This document shows positions 53,861-62,621 of a stretch of DNA of 64,000 nucleotides, one piece after another. Position 1 is the stretch's first letter, and each line of letters starts with the position of its first letter. The notes under the pieces were generated by a model. The model worked only from the letters and a program-made list of their open reading frames with translations, ran no database searches and was not told the origin of the DNA. Origin of the DNA: Dehalococcoidia bacterium. GTDB taxonomy: Bacteria > Chloroflexota > Dehalococcoidia > Lucifugimonadales > UBA3495. The stretch spans positions 2,736,174 to 2,800,173 of the forward strand of contig OY761541.1 of the NCBI GenBank assembly GCA_963664625.1. The letters run 5' to 3'. A program made the position numbers and the translations under genes.

Positions 53861-54841
53861 ATGGTCAGCTTTCCAGACCTGCGACTGCGCCGTGTGCGGC
53901 ATCAGGAGCCGTTGCGCCGCTTGGTGCGAGAGACTCGTCTTTCACCTTCGGCATTCATCTATCCCATGTTTGTTGCCCACGGGCAGGGCGTCAAAGAAGC
54001 CATAGAACCAATGCCCGGTTGCTACCATTTCTCCATCGACACGATGGTAGAAGAGGTAGGAGAGGCGGCGGAACTGGGCATCCCCGGAGTCCTGTTGTTC
54101 GGCTTGCCCGCCGAGAAGGACCCCTTGGGCTTGGAGGGGTACGACCCTGAAGGCATCATCCAGGAGGCGGTGCGGGCGATAAAGCGGGAAGTGCCCGGCA
54201 TGATGGTCACCACCGACGTCTGCATGTGTGAATACACCGACCACGGCCATTGCGGGGTCATCGACAACGGGCGGGTGGACAACGACGCCACGCTGGAGTT
54301 GCTGGCGCGCACCGCCGTCACCCACGCGCAAGCCGGGGCCGACTTGATAGCGCCCTCAGCCATGATGGACGGGCAGGTGAAAGCGATCCGGGACGCCCTT
54401 AACGATAACGGCTATACGGATACCCCGATAATGGGCTACGCCGCCAAGTACGCATCGGCCTTCTACGGCCCTTTCAGGGTGGCCGCTGATTCCACGCCTC
54501 AGTTCGGCGACCGCCGCACCTATCAGATGGACCCGGCCAACGCCCGCATGGCCATGAGGGAGATTGAAAGCGACATTGCCGAGGGCGCCGACATAGTGAT
54601 GGTCAAGCCGGCGCTGGCTTACCTGGACGTGATTCGGCAGGCGAAGGAGCGGTTCGACCACCCGCTGGCGGCATACAACGTGAGCGGCGAGTATTCTATG
54701 GTCAAAGCCGCCTCACAGCAGGGATGGATCGACGAGAAGCCGGTGACCACCGAACTGCTTACGTCCATCAAACGGGCTGGGGCGGACATCATCCTCAGTT
54801 ACCACGCCAAGGAACTGGCGCAGTGGTACCGGGAGGAGTAA
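53861..54841 (+). CDS. hemB: Porphobilinogen synthase
   Basis: DVCMCEYTDHGHCG, SAMMDG, MVKPA. Confidence 0.97.
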   Translation: MVSFPDLRLRRVRHQEPLRRLVRETRLSPSAFIYPMFVAHGQGVKEAIEPMPGCYHFSIDTMVEEVGEAAELGIPGVLLFGLPAEKDPLGLEGYDPEGIIQEAVRAIKREVPGMMVTTDVCMCEYTDHGHCGVIDNGRVDNDATLELLARTAVTHAQAGADLIAPSAMMDGQVKAIRDALNDNGYTDTPIMGYAAKYASAFYGPFRVAADSTPQFGDRRTYQMDPANARMAMREIESDIAEGADIVMVKPALAYLDVIRQAKERFDHPLAAYNVSGEYSMVKAASQQGWIDEKPVTTELLTSIKRAGADIILSYHAKELAQWYREE

Positions 54842-54862
54842 CAAACGTGGGAAGGGCAAGCG

Positions 54863-55477
54863 ATGGCAATTGATAACCCCCCTGATCCCATTGCTCGAAG
54901 ATCCGCGGAACACCAGATGTTCCGCGAATTGCTCAAGCGGGGTGTGCTGCCATACGTGCAGGCGGCCGGTGTTGCGCCCGGTTTCAGGGTGAGGACACCC
55001 AGTGGGCGGACTATTGATGTGCGAATCGAGCCTTCAATCTGCGACGGCGATGGGGATGAACGGCGGTTCCGAGTCCCCTGCTTCAAACCGCGCCCGGAAC
55101 TCATATTCCTTTGCGTGGAATTCTCCGGGGACGAAATTAGCTGTGTTTGGGTGTTGCCTTCGACTGTGTTCTTCGCATACTCCGACCCGGACGAGGAACG
55201 CGGCTTGCGAGAGCTCAACTTGGACGTGAAGCGGGAGCGTTATTTTGATGAACCGTTCCGGGAATACAACTCCTTCTTTCGTAACCGATGGGAGTCAATC
55301 ACGAAGTTCGATTCCTACAGCCGTTATATGAAACCATTAAAGTCACCGGGATTTGCAGAAGGGTGGGAAGACTTTGAAGATGCGATGATGGCGTTAGAGG
55401 TATTTGAAACCCGGGAACCTCGTGAAGAAAGCATTGCCTTTGACCCTCTAATATTCAGTGACGCCGCGACGCTATAG
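54863..55477 (+). CDS. Hypothetical protein, probable antitoxin partner of downstream RelE
   Basis: Overlaps relE-like gene; acidic C-terminal WEDFEDAMMALE...EESIAFD. Confidence 0.6.
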   Translation: MAIDNPPDPIARRSAEHQMFRELLKRGVLPYVQAAGVAPGFRVRTPSGRTIDVRIEPSICDGDGDERRFRVPCFKPRPELIFLCVEFSGDEISCVWVLPSTVFFAYSDPDEERGLRELNLDVKRERYFDEPFREYNSFFRNRWESITKFDSYSRYMKPLKSPGFAEGWEDFEDAMMALEVFETREPREESIAFDPLIFSDAATL

Positions 55478-55736
55478 AGTTGAGTATGGCAGCCGCCGGG
55501 TCGAGAGGGAACTAAGACGGCTTCCACTCAGCGATGCCACGAGGATCGTTGCGGTCATTGAATCGCTGGCCGATAATCCGAGACCTGAGATCTCAATCCC
55601 GGTGCAAGGGCATCCAGGTGACTTCAGGATACGGGTTGGTGACTACCGTATCATATATCAGATAGATTACGAGAACAGGACCGTCTACGTCGACCGTATC
55701 GTCCGGCGGGACGAAGGCACATACAGGTACAGATAG
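55458..55736 (+). CDS. RelE/ParE family toxin
   Basis: LADNPRP, FRIRVGDYRIIYQID, RRDEGTY. Confidence 0.9.
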   Translation: MTPRRYRVEYGSRRVERELRRLPLSDATRIVAVIESLADNPRPEISIPVQGHPGDFRIRVGDYRIIYQIDYENRTVYVDRIVRRDEGTYRYR

Positions 55737-55781
55737 CTTCCACTCACATCCTACACCCAATCTACAAACGCTAGGTCAGTC

Positions 55782-57068
55782 ATGCAACAAACCAAGTCCG
55801 AAGCCCTCTTTGCCCAAGCGCAGCAATACATACCCGGCGGGGTCAACAGCCCGGTGCGGTCTTTCAGGGCCGTTGGCGGGACGCCGCCGTTTATCGCCAG
55901 GGGGCAGGGCTCCCGTGTGTGGGACGTGGACGGCAACGAGTACATCGACTTTCTGGGTTCATGGGGACCCTTGGTGCTGGGCCACGCGCATCCGACTGTC
56001 GTCGCAGCCCTGCGGGAGGCTGCCGAAGGGGGGACCAGCTTCGGCGCGCCGGTCGAAAACGAGGTGGAGTTGGCGCGGCTGATATGCGAGGTGCTGCCAT
56101 CAGTGGAAATGGTGCGGCTGGTCAACTCGGGCACCGAGGCCTGCATGAGTGCGATCCGGCTGGCCCGGGCCTTCACCGGCCGCGACAAGATTATCAAGTT
56201 TGCGGGTTGCTACCACGGCCACGCCGACGGTCTGCTGGTCAGGGCCGGTTCCGGGGCGTTGACCCACGGGATTCCCACCAGCGCCGGAGTACCAGAGTCG
56301 TATGCCACGGAGACACTGGTGGCCGACTTCAACGATCTGGGCTCAGTGGAGAGGTTTTTCGACTCGTTCCCTTCCGACATCGCCGGCGTCATAGTGGAGC
56401 CGGTGGCGGGGAACATGGGCGTGGTGCCGCCCGCCGACGGGTTCCTTGAGGGGCTGAGGGACCTGACCAGCAAAAACGGCGCCATGTTGATATTTGACGA
56501 GGTAATTACCGGGTTCCGCGTCGGGCCGCACGGGGCGCAGGGCCTGTTCGGGGTGACCCCGGACATTACCACGATGGGGAAGATAATCGGCGGCGGCCTT
56601 CCGGTGGGGGCCTACGGCGCGCGCAGGGAGATCATGGAGCGTGTCGCGCCGCTGGGGGACATGTACCAAGCCGGAACACTGTCCGGCAACCCGCTGGCTG
56701 TCAGCGCCGGTGTGGCCACCCTGACCGAGCTACGGTCGCCAAGTGTTTATGAGCACATAGACCGCCTGGCGCAGCGGTTGACAGACGGCTTGTCCGAGGT
56801 CTTTCAAAAGGTGGAAATACCGTCGACGATAAACCGGGTCGGGTCCATGTTCACCGGCTTTATGAATCCGGGACCGGTTGACAGCCTGGAGCGGGTTGAG
56901 GCGTCGGACGCTGGTCTTTACGGGCGATATTTCCATGCCATGCTGGAGCGGGGCGTTTATATCGCGCCGTCCCAGTTCGAGGCGGGCTTTGTTTCCACGG
57001 CCCACACCGAGGAGGACATTGACCGGGTGATAGAGGTAGTAGAGGACGCGCTAACCCACTTGCGCTGA
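55782..57068 (+). CDS. hemL: Glutamate-1-semialdehyde 2,1-aminomutase
   Basis: PGGVNSPVR, NSGTEA, FDEVITGFR, GKIIGGG. Confidence 0.97.
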   Translation: MQQTKSEALFAQAQQYIPGGVNSPVRSFRAVGGTPPFIARGQGSRVWDVDGNEYIDFLGSWGPLVLGHAHPTVVAALREAAEGGTSFGAPVENEVELARLICEVLPSVEMVRLVNSGTEACMSAIRLARAFTGRDKIIKFAGCYHGHADGLLVRAGSGALTHGIPTSAGVPESYATETLVADFNDLGSVERFFDSFPSDIAGVIVEPVAGNMGVVPPADGFLEGLRDLTSKNGAMLIFDEVITGFRVGPHGAQGLFGVTPDITTMGKIIGGGLPVGAYGARREIMERVAPLGDMYQAGTLSGNPLAVSAGVATLTELRSPSVYEHIDRLAQRLTDGLSEVFQKVEIPSTINRVGSMFTGFMNPGPVDSLERVEASDAGLYGRYFHAMLERGVYIAPSQFEAGFVSTAHTEEDIDRVIEVVEDALTHLR

Positions 57069-57106
57069 GCGGCTGCGGCGCGTTTCCGACATCTGCCAGT
57101 CCTGGA

Positions 57107-57565
57107 TCACGGCCGTTCCTTGCTGACGGCCGAATCGAACTCCACGGTTTCGCCTGGATTGACCTTGAACCATCCCTCTCCCGGTCCCGGCAACGGCGTG
57201 GGTCCTTCCGGCTTGGGCCGCTGCACAACCCGGACTCCCAAGGTGGCGAGCATTCCATCTATCTGACCGATGGACTCTGCCACGGGCTGCGATACCCGGC
57301 CCGATGAGAGCCGCATCCGCACCTCCAAGAGTTCGTTGGTAAGCCGCAGCGCCAGTTCCACGCCGGCCAGGTTCAGCCCCATATCATCAACGAAGTGCTT
57401 GATGAGCCTAAGGCGGGCGACGTCCTCATCGGAGTAGGTCCGCAGACTCCCCATTCGCAGCGGCTCGATAAAGCCGGCGCGCTCATACTTGCGCAACGTT
57501 TGCGGGTGCATATCCAGGGTCTTCGCCACCACGCTGATCAAGTAAATTCCTCGAGTCTGCCTCAT
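57107..57565 (-). CDS. hspR: HspR-like MerR family regulator
   Basis: YLISVVA...MHPQTLRKYER...GLNLAGV; divergent from hsp20. Confidence 0.82.
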   Translation of the reverse strand: MRQTRGIYLISVVAKTLDMHPQTLRKYERAGFIEPLRMGSLRTYSDEDVARLRLIKHFVDDMGLNLAGVELALRLTNELLEVRMRLSSGRVSQPVAESIGQIDGMLATLGVRVVQRPKPEGPTPLPGPGEGWFKVNPGETVEFDSAVSKERP

Positions 57566-57602
57566 TTAGTCCCCCATGATGGATCGGTATCGGCACACCC
57601 TT

Positions 57603-57697
57603 GTTATACATAATGCTGAAAATCTTGTCAACTTCATATCGAATAGTTAATGTTATACATACATATAATTGACATGAATTATATCAACTGATATACT
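57603..57697. promoter_or_regulatory. Divergent sigma70 promoters with operator-like inverted repeat
   Basis: Minus TTGACA-17-TATAAC (57603-57631); plus TTGACA-17-TATACT (57669-57697) containing ttgacat-n5-atatcaa. Confidence 0.75.
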
Positions 57698-57728
57698 CGG
57701 CTCACATTCTTTCAGAGGAGGTGACGCC

Positions 57729-57920
57729 GTGGCAACGGTAGAACTTCTGGAGCGGGACCAAACACAGGACATAGTCAATGATGGGTCGGGGGACAGATTG
57801 TCCCAAGAGCTGGAGAGCATCGTGGAAGACGCCGAACAGGCCCAGGATGTGGAGCAGCCCAAAGCTCGGCATTGGTATTACAGCGTGCCTTTCGCCGGTG
57901 TGCGTTACTACTCCTTTTAA
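57729..57920 (+). CDS. Small hypothetical protein (63 aa)
   Basis: SD gaggagg, GTG start right after consensus promoter. Confidence 0.7.
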   Translation: MATVELLERDQTQDIVNDGSGDRLSQELESIVEDAEQAQDVEQPKARHWYYSVPFAGVRYYSF

Positions 57921-57982
57921 TCCGGCCGGTTGACGCCGATTATCTCTTGAACACACAGCAAATGAAGAATGGAGGAAAGATT

Positions 57983-58453
57983 ATGTTGCAACGATGGGAC
58001 CCTTTCAACGACCTGCGGCAGATGCAGAACACCATGGACCGGATGTGGCGGAGGTTCGGGAACAATTCCGGTGAGTCCTTCGAGAACCCTGAAATAGAGG
58101 CTTGGGCCGTCCCCTTGGACGTGGTCCGGAAGGGAGACGACACTTTCATCCGCGCCTCTATGCCGGGAGTGAAGCCGGAAGACATCAAGGTGTCCATAGA
58201 GGACAACGTGCTGACCATCCAAGGCCACACCTCTGAAGAGCACCAGGACGGCGACGGTACGTTCCTGATGCGGGAACGGCGGTCCGGCTCGTTCCACCGC
58301 GCGTTGCGGTTGCCCGAGTCGGTCGATGCGGACAAGGTCCATCCCCATTACCAGAACGGGGTCTTGACCATCACCGTACCCAAGGCGGAGGCCAAGAAGG
58401 CCAAGCAACTCCAGGTGCACTTCGTCGATTCTTCGCCCAACCAGGAAGCTTAA
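57983..58453 (+). CDS. Hsp20/alpha-crystallin small heat shock protein
   Basis: WDPF, MPGV, RERRSGSFHR, NGVLTITVPK. Confidence 0.95.
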   Translation: MLQRWDPFNDLRQMQNTMDRMWRRFGNNSGESFENPEIEAWAVPLDVVRKGDDTFIRASMPGVKPEDIKVSIEDNVLTIQGHTSEEHQDGDGTFLMRERRSGSFHRALRLPESVDADKVHPHYQNGVLTITVPKAEAKKAKQLQVHFVDSSPNQEA

Positions 58454-58505
58454 TCTTCCACAACCGGCTTACTGTCCACGGGGCGCCGGTCGGCGGAAAT
58501 CAAAG

Positions 58506-58615
58506 GGCAGCGCGGGAACGATTCCTGCGCTGCCTTGCTTTTGGGGAACTACTTCCACGAAACCGGAGAAAAACGAAAGGCGCGGGGTCTATTTCTAGGC
58601 CTCCGCGCCTTTTTG
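58506..58615. terminator. Two terminator hairpins between convergent hsp20 and sodN
   Basis: ggcagcgc...gcgctgcc-ttgctttt and aaaggcgcgg...ccgcgccttttt. Confidence 0.75.
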
Positions 58616-58650
58616 CCTATGACGCTGCCGGTCTCAGACTGGGAGCGAGG

Positions 58651-59103
58651 TTAGGTCCCGTAGCGGGCTGCGGCGTTGGGGTCGCTGTATTCCACGTTCT
58701 TCGTTGCCCAGAAGGAGGCGGCGATGTCGTCGCAGGCAGCTACCAGGTTCTGCGCGTTCTCCATGCTGACGCCCTGCTTGCACTGGCCGGCCAACTTGAG
58801 GGCGGCGTTGAACTTGGCGGCGATTTCGTTGGCGTCGACGCCGGGCCAAGCGTAGTCGGCCCAGAGGATGCGCAGCTCTTCCTTGCACCGCTCGGCGTGG
58901 TCTTCCTTCACGGCGATGTAGCGGGACATGGTATTGGCGTAGGCCATATGGTCTTCGCCCTCCTCCAACGCCTGCATCCGAAGCACCATTTTCTGCACTG
59001 TCTGGGCGGCTATCTTGGCGACTATGGGGTCGTAAATCCCACATGGGATGTCACAGTGGGCCTTCGCCCTAGGCACACTCAACCTCTTAAACAAGTTGAA
59101 CAT
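58651..59103 (-). CDS. sodN: Nickel superoxide dismutase precursor
   Basis: Leader then nickel hook HCDIPCGIYDP; KE.HA; FWATK. Confidence 0.96.
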   Translation of the reverse strand: MFNLFKRLSVPRAKAHCDIPCGIYDPIVAKIAAQTVQKMVLRMQALEEGEDHMAYANTMSRYIAVKEDHAERCKEELRILWADYAWPGVDANEIAAKFNAALKLAGQCKQGVSMENAQNLVAACDDIAASFWATKNVEYSDPNAAARYGT

Positions 59104-59259
59104 ACTTGCGCTACCTCGTCTTGTAGAATTGAAATCCCGAACCAGATTACAAGAAAATCACCTCATCCGCAACCTGAACCGGCTTCTACACAGGGCCGGA
59201 GGAAACCGCTCACACTTGGTGCGGGCGTCCCGCCCGCGCTCCTTCGTGGCGGGGTTTCG

Positions 59260-59762
59260 GGGAGGGTTGGCGCTGAGCAACGGGTGGAAACGCCGAGGTC
59301 ACGACCGCTTCTATGACCTGATGAGTCCTCATCTTGCACTTTCGCCTTCTCCGGCAGACCGCGAGGCTTGAAAAGCCCTGGACCGGTCGACGCAGCCGAC
59401 ATTGACCCGGCGGCGCAGCAGTCCTCCGCCGGTCCCTTTGCATACTGCCGGGAAGTTTGCCCCCGGACGGCGCCGGGGGCGCGATGATGCAAGGAAATTT
59501 TCTCTCGCGGGAGATCTCATCGCCTGCCCAAAAGCAGGCGGAATGACAAATCTGACAGTGGACCGGCGGTCCTTGTGTAACCGCCGGTCCGTCGATTGCA
59601 CGTAACACCTTTACGCGATGGGTCTCATCCGGAGCGCCGCCGGAGTCAAGTCCGGCGGGCCGGGTACAGGCGGCGATCAAAGCACCGCCGCGCCGCAAGC
59701 AGGCTATGGAAGGCCCGCCGGGCGATACCGTTTCCACCCGTTGCTCTTGCGCCAGTTTCCCA
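59260..59762. ncRNA. Candidate large structured non-coding element (unknown family)
   Basis: 18-bp perfect long-range stem gagcaacgggtggaaacg / cgtttccacccgttgctc enclosing about ten hairpins; no credible ORF. Confidence 0.5.
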
Positions 59763-59767
59763 AGGTT

Positions 59768-59874
59768 GGGCAACCAATAGGTTTCACATAGGTATTCGCC
59801 GGTTGCCCCTGCGTGTACCCGCTGGATTCCTGCCCCCGCTTTCGTGGGAATGACGAATAGGGAGCGGGAATGAC
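59768..59874. repeat. REP-like unit plus degenerate dRS3-like repeats
   Basis: gggcaaccaatagg...ccggttgcccc; ggattcc...gggaatgac; gggaatgac. Confidence 0.7.
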
Positions 59875-60237
59875 GAGGTTGCCTCTGCGTGTACCCTCTG
59901 CGACAGCCAGAGGGGGATTTACAGTCTGTGACCTCCTTTATTGAGTAGAGGGCGGGCTGCGCAGTCCCGGCCCGCTTTCCAGTGGATACAGGCTAGAGGG
60001 GCGCAATCCTGTGTGTCAACAGGGAAATGTCAGTGGAGGGGCTTTTCACACTTGGCCGGGAAATACTTTGAACATGCCCTGGCTTCACCAAGACTGTCGC
60101 TTGGGCCTTTCGCCGGGCGGTTCTTGAAAGTCCGCAGCGTTGTAACCGATAGTCGCCGTAGTATAATCAGGTTCCTTTCCAAGGCCAATTTAACTAAAAC
60201 ATGAATAGCGCGCCGAGACGTCGCAGGAGGAAGTCTT

Positions 60238-61926
60238 ATGGCCACCACGAGCAGAAACCTGACACTCAAACACCGGAGCAGGGAAGTTACCGAAGGGCCG
60301 GACCGCGCCCCCGCCCGCGCCATGCTGATGGCGATGGGCCTCACCGCGGAGGATATCGACAAACCCTTCGTGGCCGTCGCCAATCTTGCCAGCGATGTTA
60401 CGCCCTGCAACGTTCACTTGGACAGGCTGGCCCAAGCCGCCAAGGAGGGTATCCGCTCGGCCGACGGCGTGCCGTTCGAGTTCGGCACCATCACCATAAG
60501 CGACGGCATCTCCATGGGCACCGAGGGCATGAAGGCTTCATTAGTCAGCCGGGAGGTAATAGCGGACTCCATAGAGGTTGTAACTTTCGGCGAACGGATG
60601 GACGCTCTTGTGACCGTGGGGGCGTGCGACAAGAATATGCCCGGCTGCATGATGGCCATAGCCCGCTTGAACGTGCCTTCGCTGTTCATCTACGGCGGCA
60701 CCATCATGCCGGGCAATTACAATGGACGGGACGTCAACATCCAGGACGTTTTCGAGGCAGTGGGAGCCTACGCCAGTGGTGACATGACACTGGACCAGTT
60801 GCGCGCCCTGGAGTGCGTCGCCTGTCCCGGCGAAGGTTCCTGCGCCGGGTTGTTCACCGCCAACACCATGTCCACTGCCATAGAGATCATGGGCATGTCC
60901 CTGCCCGGCGATGCGTCGATCCCGGCCATTGATCCTCGAAAGGTCGAACACACGCGCCAAGCAGGGCGGACGCTGATGCGGTTGTTGGAAGAAGACCTGC
61001 GCCCGCGGGACATTCTCACCCGCCAAGCCTTTGAAAACGCCATCACCGTAGTGGTGGCTATGGGCGGGTCCACCAACGCCGTTCTGCACCTCATGGCCAT
61101 CGCCCATGAGGCGCAAGTGGACCTGAGCCTGAGCGACTTCGACCGCATCAGCCGGAGCACGCCCTACATCACCGACATGCGCCCGGGAGGTCGGTACGTC
61201 ATGGCCGACCTGGACCGCTACGGAGGAGTGTCCCTTGTCGCCAAGCGATTGCTGCAAGCCGGTCTGTTACACGGCGATACCATGACCGTCACCGGCAAGA
61301 CATTGCAACAAAACGTGGAAGCCATGACCACCATTGATGATCAGCCCGTGGTTATGCCCATGGACCAACCCCGCAGTCCAACCGGCGGGCTGGCCATACT
61401 TTACGGGAACCTGGCCCCGGAAGGCGCGGTCATCAAGGTGGCCGGACATCAGGAAAAGGTCTACCAAGGTCCTGCGCGGGTGTTCGACCAAGAACACGCG
61501 GCGTTCCAAGCCATCCAGCGTCGGGAGATCAAGCCGGGCGACATAGTGGTAATCCGCTACGAAGGTCCCAAAGGCGGCCCCGGAATGCAGGAAATGCTGG
61601 CGGTAACCGGCGCGCTTATCGGACAGGGGCTGGGAGACGACGTGGCCCTGATGACGGACGGTCGGTTCTCCGGCGCATCCCACGGCCCTATGGTGGGGCA
61701 CGTGACGCCCGAGGCGGCAGTCGGCGGCCCCATCGGGCTGTTGCAGGAAGGAGACATCATCACTCTGGACATACCACAGCGGCGTCTGGACGTGAAGTTG
61801 ACCGAGGAGGAGTTCAGCGATCGCCGGGCCAACTTCAAGCCCATGCCTCCCAACTACACCACCGGCGTCCTGGCCAAGTACGCCAAGCTGGTGTCGTCGG
61901 CGTCGGAGGGGGCGGTTACGGGGTAG
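60238..61926 (+). CDS. ilvD: Dihydroxy-acid dehydratase
   Basis: [36 protein letters not shown]. Confidence 0.97.
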   Translation: MATTSRNLTLKHRSREVTEGPDRAPARAMLMAMGLTAEDIDKPFVAVANLASDVTPCNVHLDRLAQAAKEGIRSADGVPFEFGTITISDGISMGTEGMKASLVSREVIADSIEVVTFGERMDALVTVGACDKNMPGCMMAIARLNVPSLFIYGGTIMPGNYNGRDVNIQDVFEAVGAYASGDMTLDQLRALECVACPGEGSCAGLFTANTMSTAIEIMGMSLPGDASIPAIDPRKVEHTRQAGRTLMRLLEEDLRPRDILTRQAFENAITVVVAMGGSTNAVLHLMAIAHEAQVDLSLSDFDRISRSTPYITDMRPGGRYVMADLDRYGGVSLVAKRLLQAGLLHGDTMTVTGKTLQQNVEAMTTIDDQPVVMPMDQPRSPTGGLAILYGNLAPEGAVIKVAGHQEKVYQGPARVFDQEHAAFQAIQRREIKPGDIVVIRYEGPKGGPGMQEMLAVTGALIGQGLGDDVALMTDGRFSGASHGPMVGHVTPEAAVGGPIGLLQEGDIITLDIPQRRLDVKLTEEEFSDRRANFKPMPPNYTTGVLAKYAKLVSSASEGAVTG

Positions 61927-61954
61927 GGGCGCTTCCCACTGCACATCGGGTTGG

Positions 61955-62581
61955 CTAGTTGCGGCTTTCCCAAAGGGTGAAGTAATTGGGCGGGTCTCCC
62001 TGCATTACCTCGCTCAATTCGTTCAGGTTCTCCTGCTGCAAGACCTGCTTCTCGCCGGCAACCAAGCGGGCAATGGTGTCCTCCCAGTCTGCGGCGGCGG
62101 TGTCGCTGCCGTGGGCCGTTATTAGCTCTCGGAGTCCGTCCAGAACGTGGTCGGAGTGAGTGGTAAGGGCGCCTCCGCTGATGACGAATACGACCACGTT
62201 GGGGATCTGGTCGTAGTCGGTTACCTCCACGCCCAAGTTCCTCAAGATGAGGGTCATGGCGGTGTCTCTCATTATCTCTTCTAACCGAAGCGGAAGGTCG
62301 ATCAAGTGACTGAACGGGAAGTCGGTCTCTTCGCGCAACACTTCGGCGAAGTCGGATTCCACGATTCTGAAATAGTCCTCGACGAATACGTCCTCGGTAT
62401 GAAACAACGACACTCTGCTGGGACGTTCTCGCAGGTCTATCACCAGGAATTCCTTGAGATGCGGGAAAATACAAAGCTGAATGTCGGGCGACCGACCGCC
62501 AGGGAGTTGGGTATCGAATAATTCATCCATGGAGAGGAACTCTCCTTTCGGTGCGGGTAAGTCCGGTAAACTCCGGTCCAA
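61955..62581 (-). CDS. Hypothetical protein (208 aa)
   Basis: Acidic protein-like ORF following the GT20 gene, fills the space up to ilvD. Confidence 0.75.
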   Translation of the reverse strand: MDRSLPDLPAPKGEFLSMDELFDTQLPGGRSPDIQLCIFPHLKEFLVIDLRERPSRVSLFHTEDVFVEDYFRIVESDFAEVLREETDFPFSHLIDLPLRLEEIMRDTAMTLILRNLGVEVTDYDQIPNVVVFVISGGALTTHSDHVLDGLRELITAHGSDTAAADWEDTIARLVAGEKQVLQQENLNELSEVMQGDPPNYFTLWESRN

Positions 62582-62621
62582 GGCGCATTTACTGAGAATG
62601 TCGATCAGGTCCGCTCATCGT

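Noticed and set aside
57729-57920. RiPP precursor peptide
   Set aside because: Leader/core-like composition, but no modifying enzymes or transporter nearby; heat-shock context instead
59286-59332. Hammerhead ribozyme (GAAAC...GTC...CTGATGAG)
   Set aside because: Core words are present, but stems I-III cannot be formed in the required register
59260-59762. RNase P RNA, tmRNA or retron ncRNA
   Set aside because: No GAGGAAAGTCC, no tRNA-like ends, and no reverse transcriptase in the window
59163-59853. ORFs predicted in the sodN-ilvD gap
   Set aside because: Arg/Pro/Gly-rich, no SD or motifs; better explained as non-coding structure
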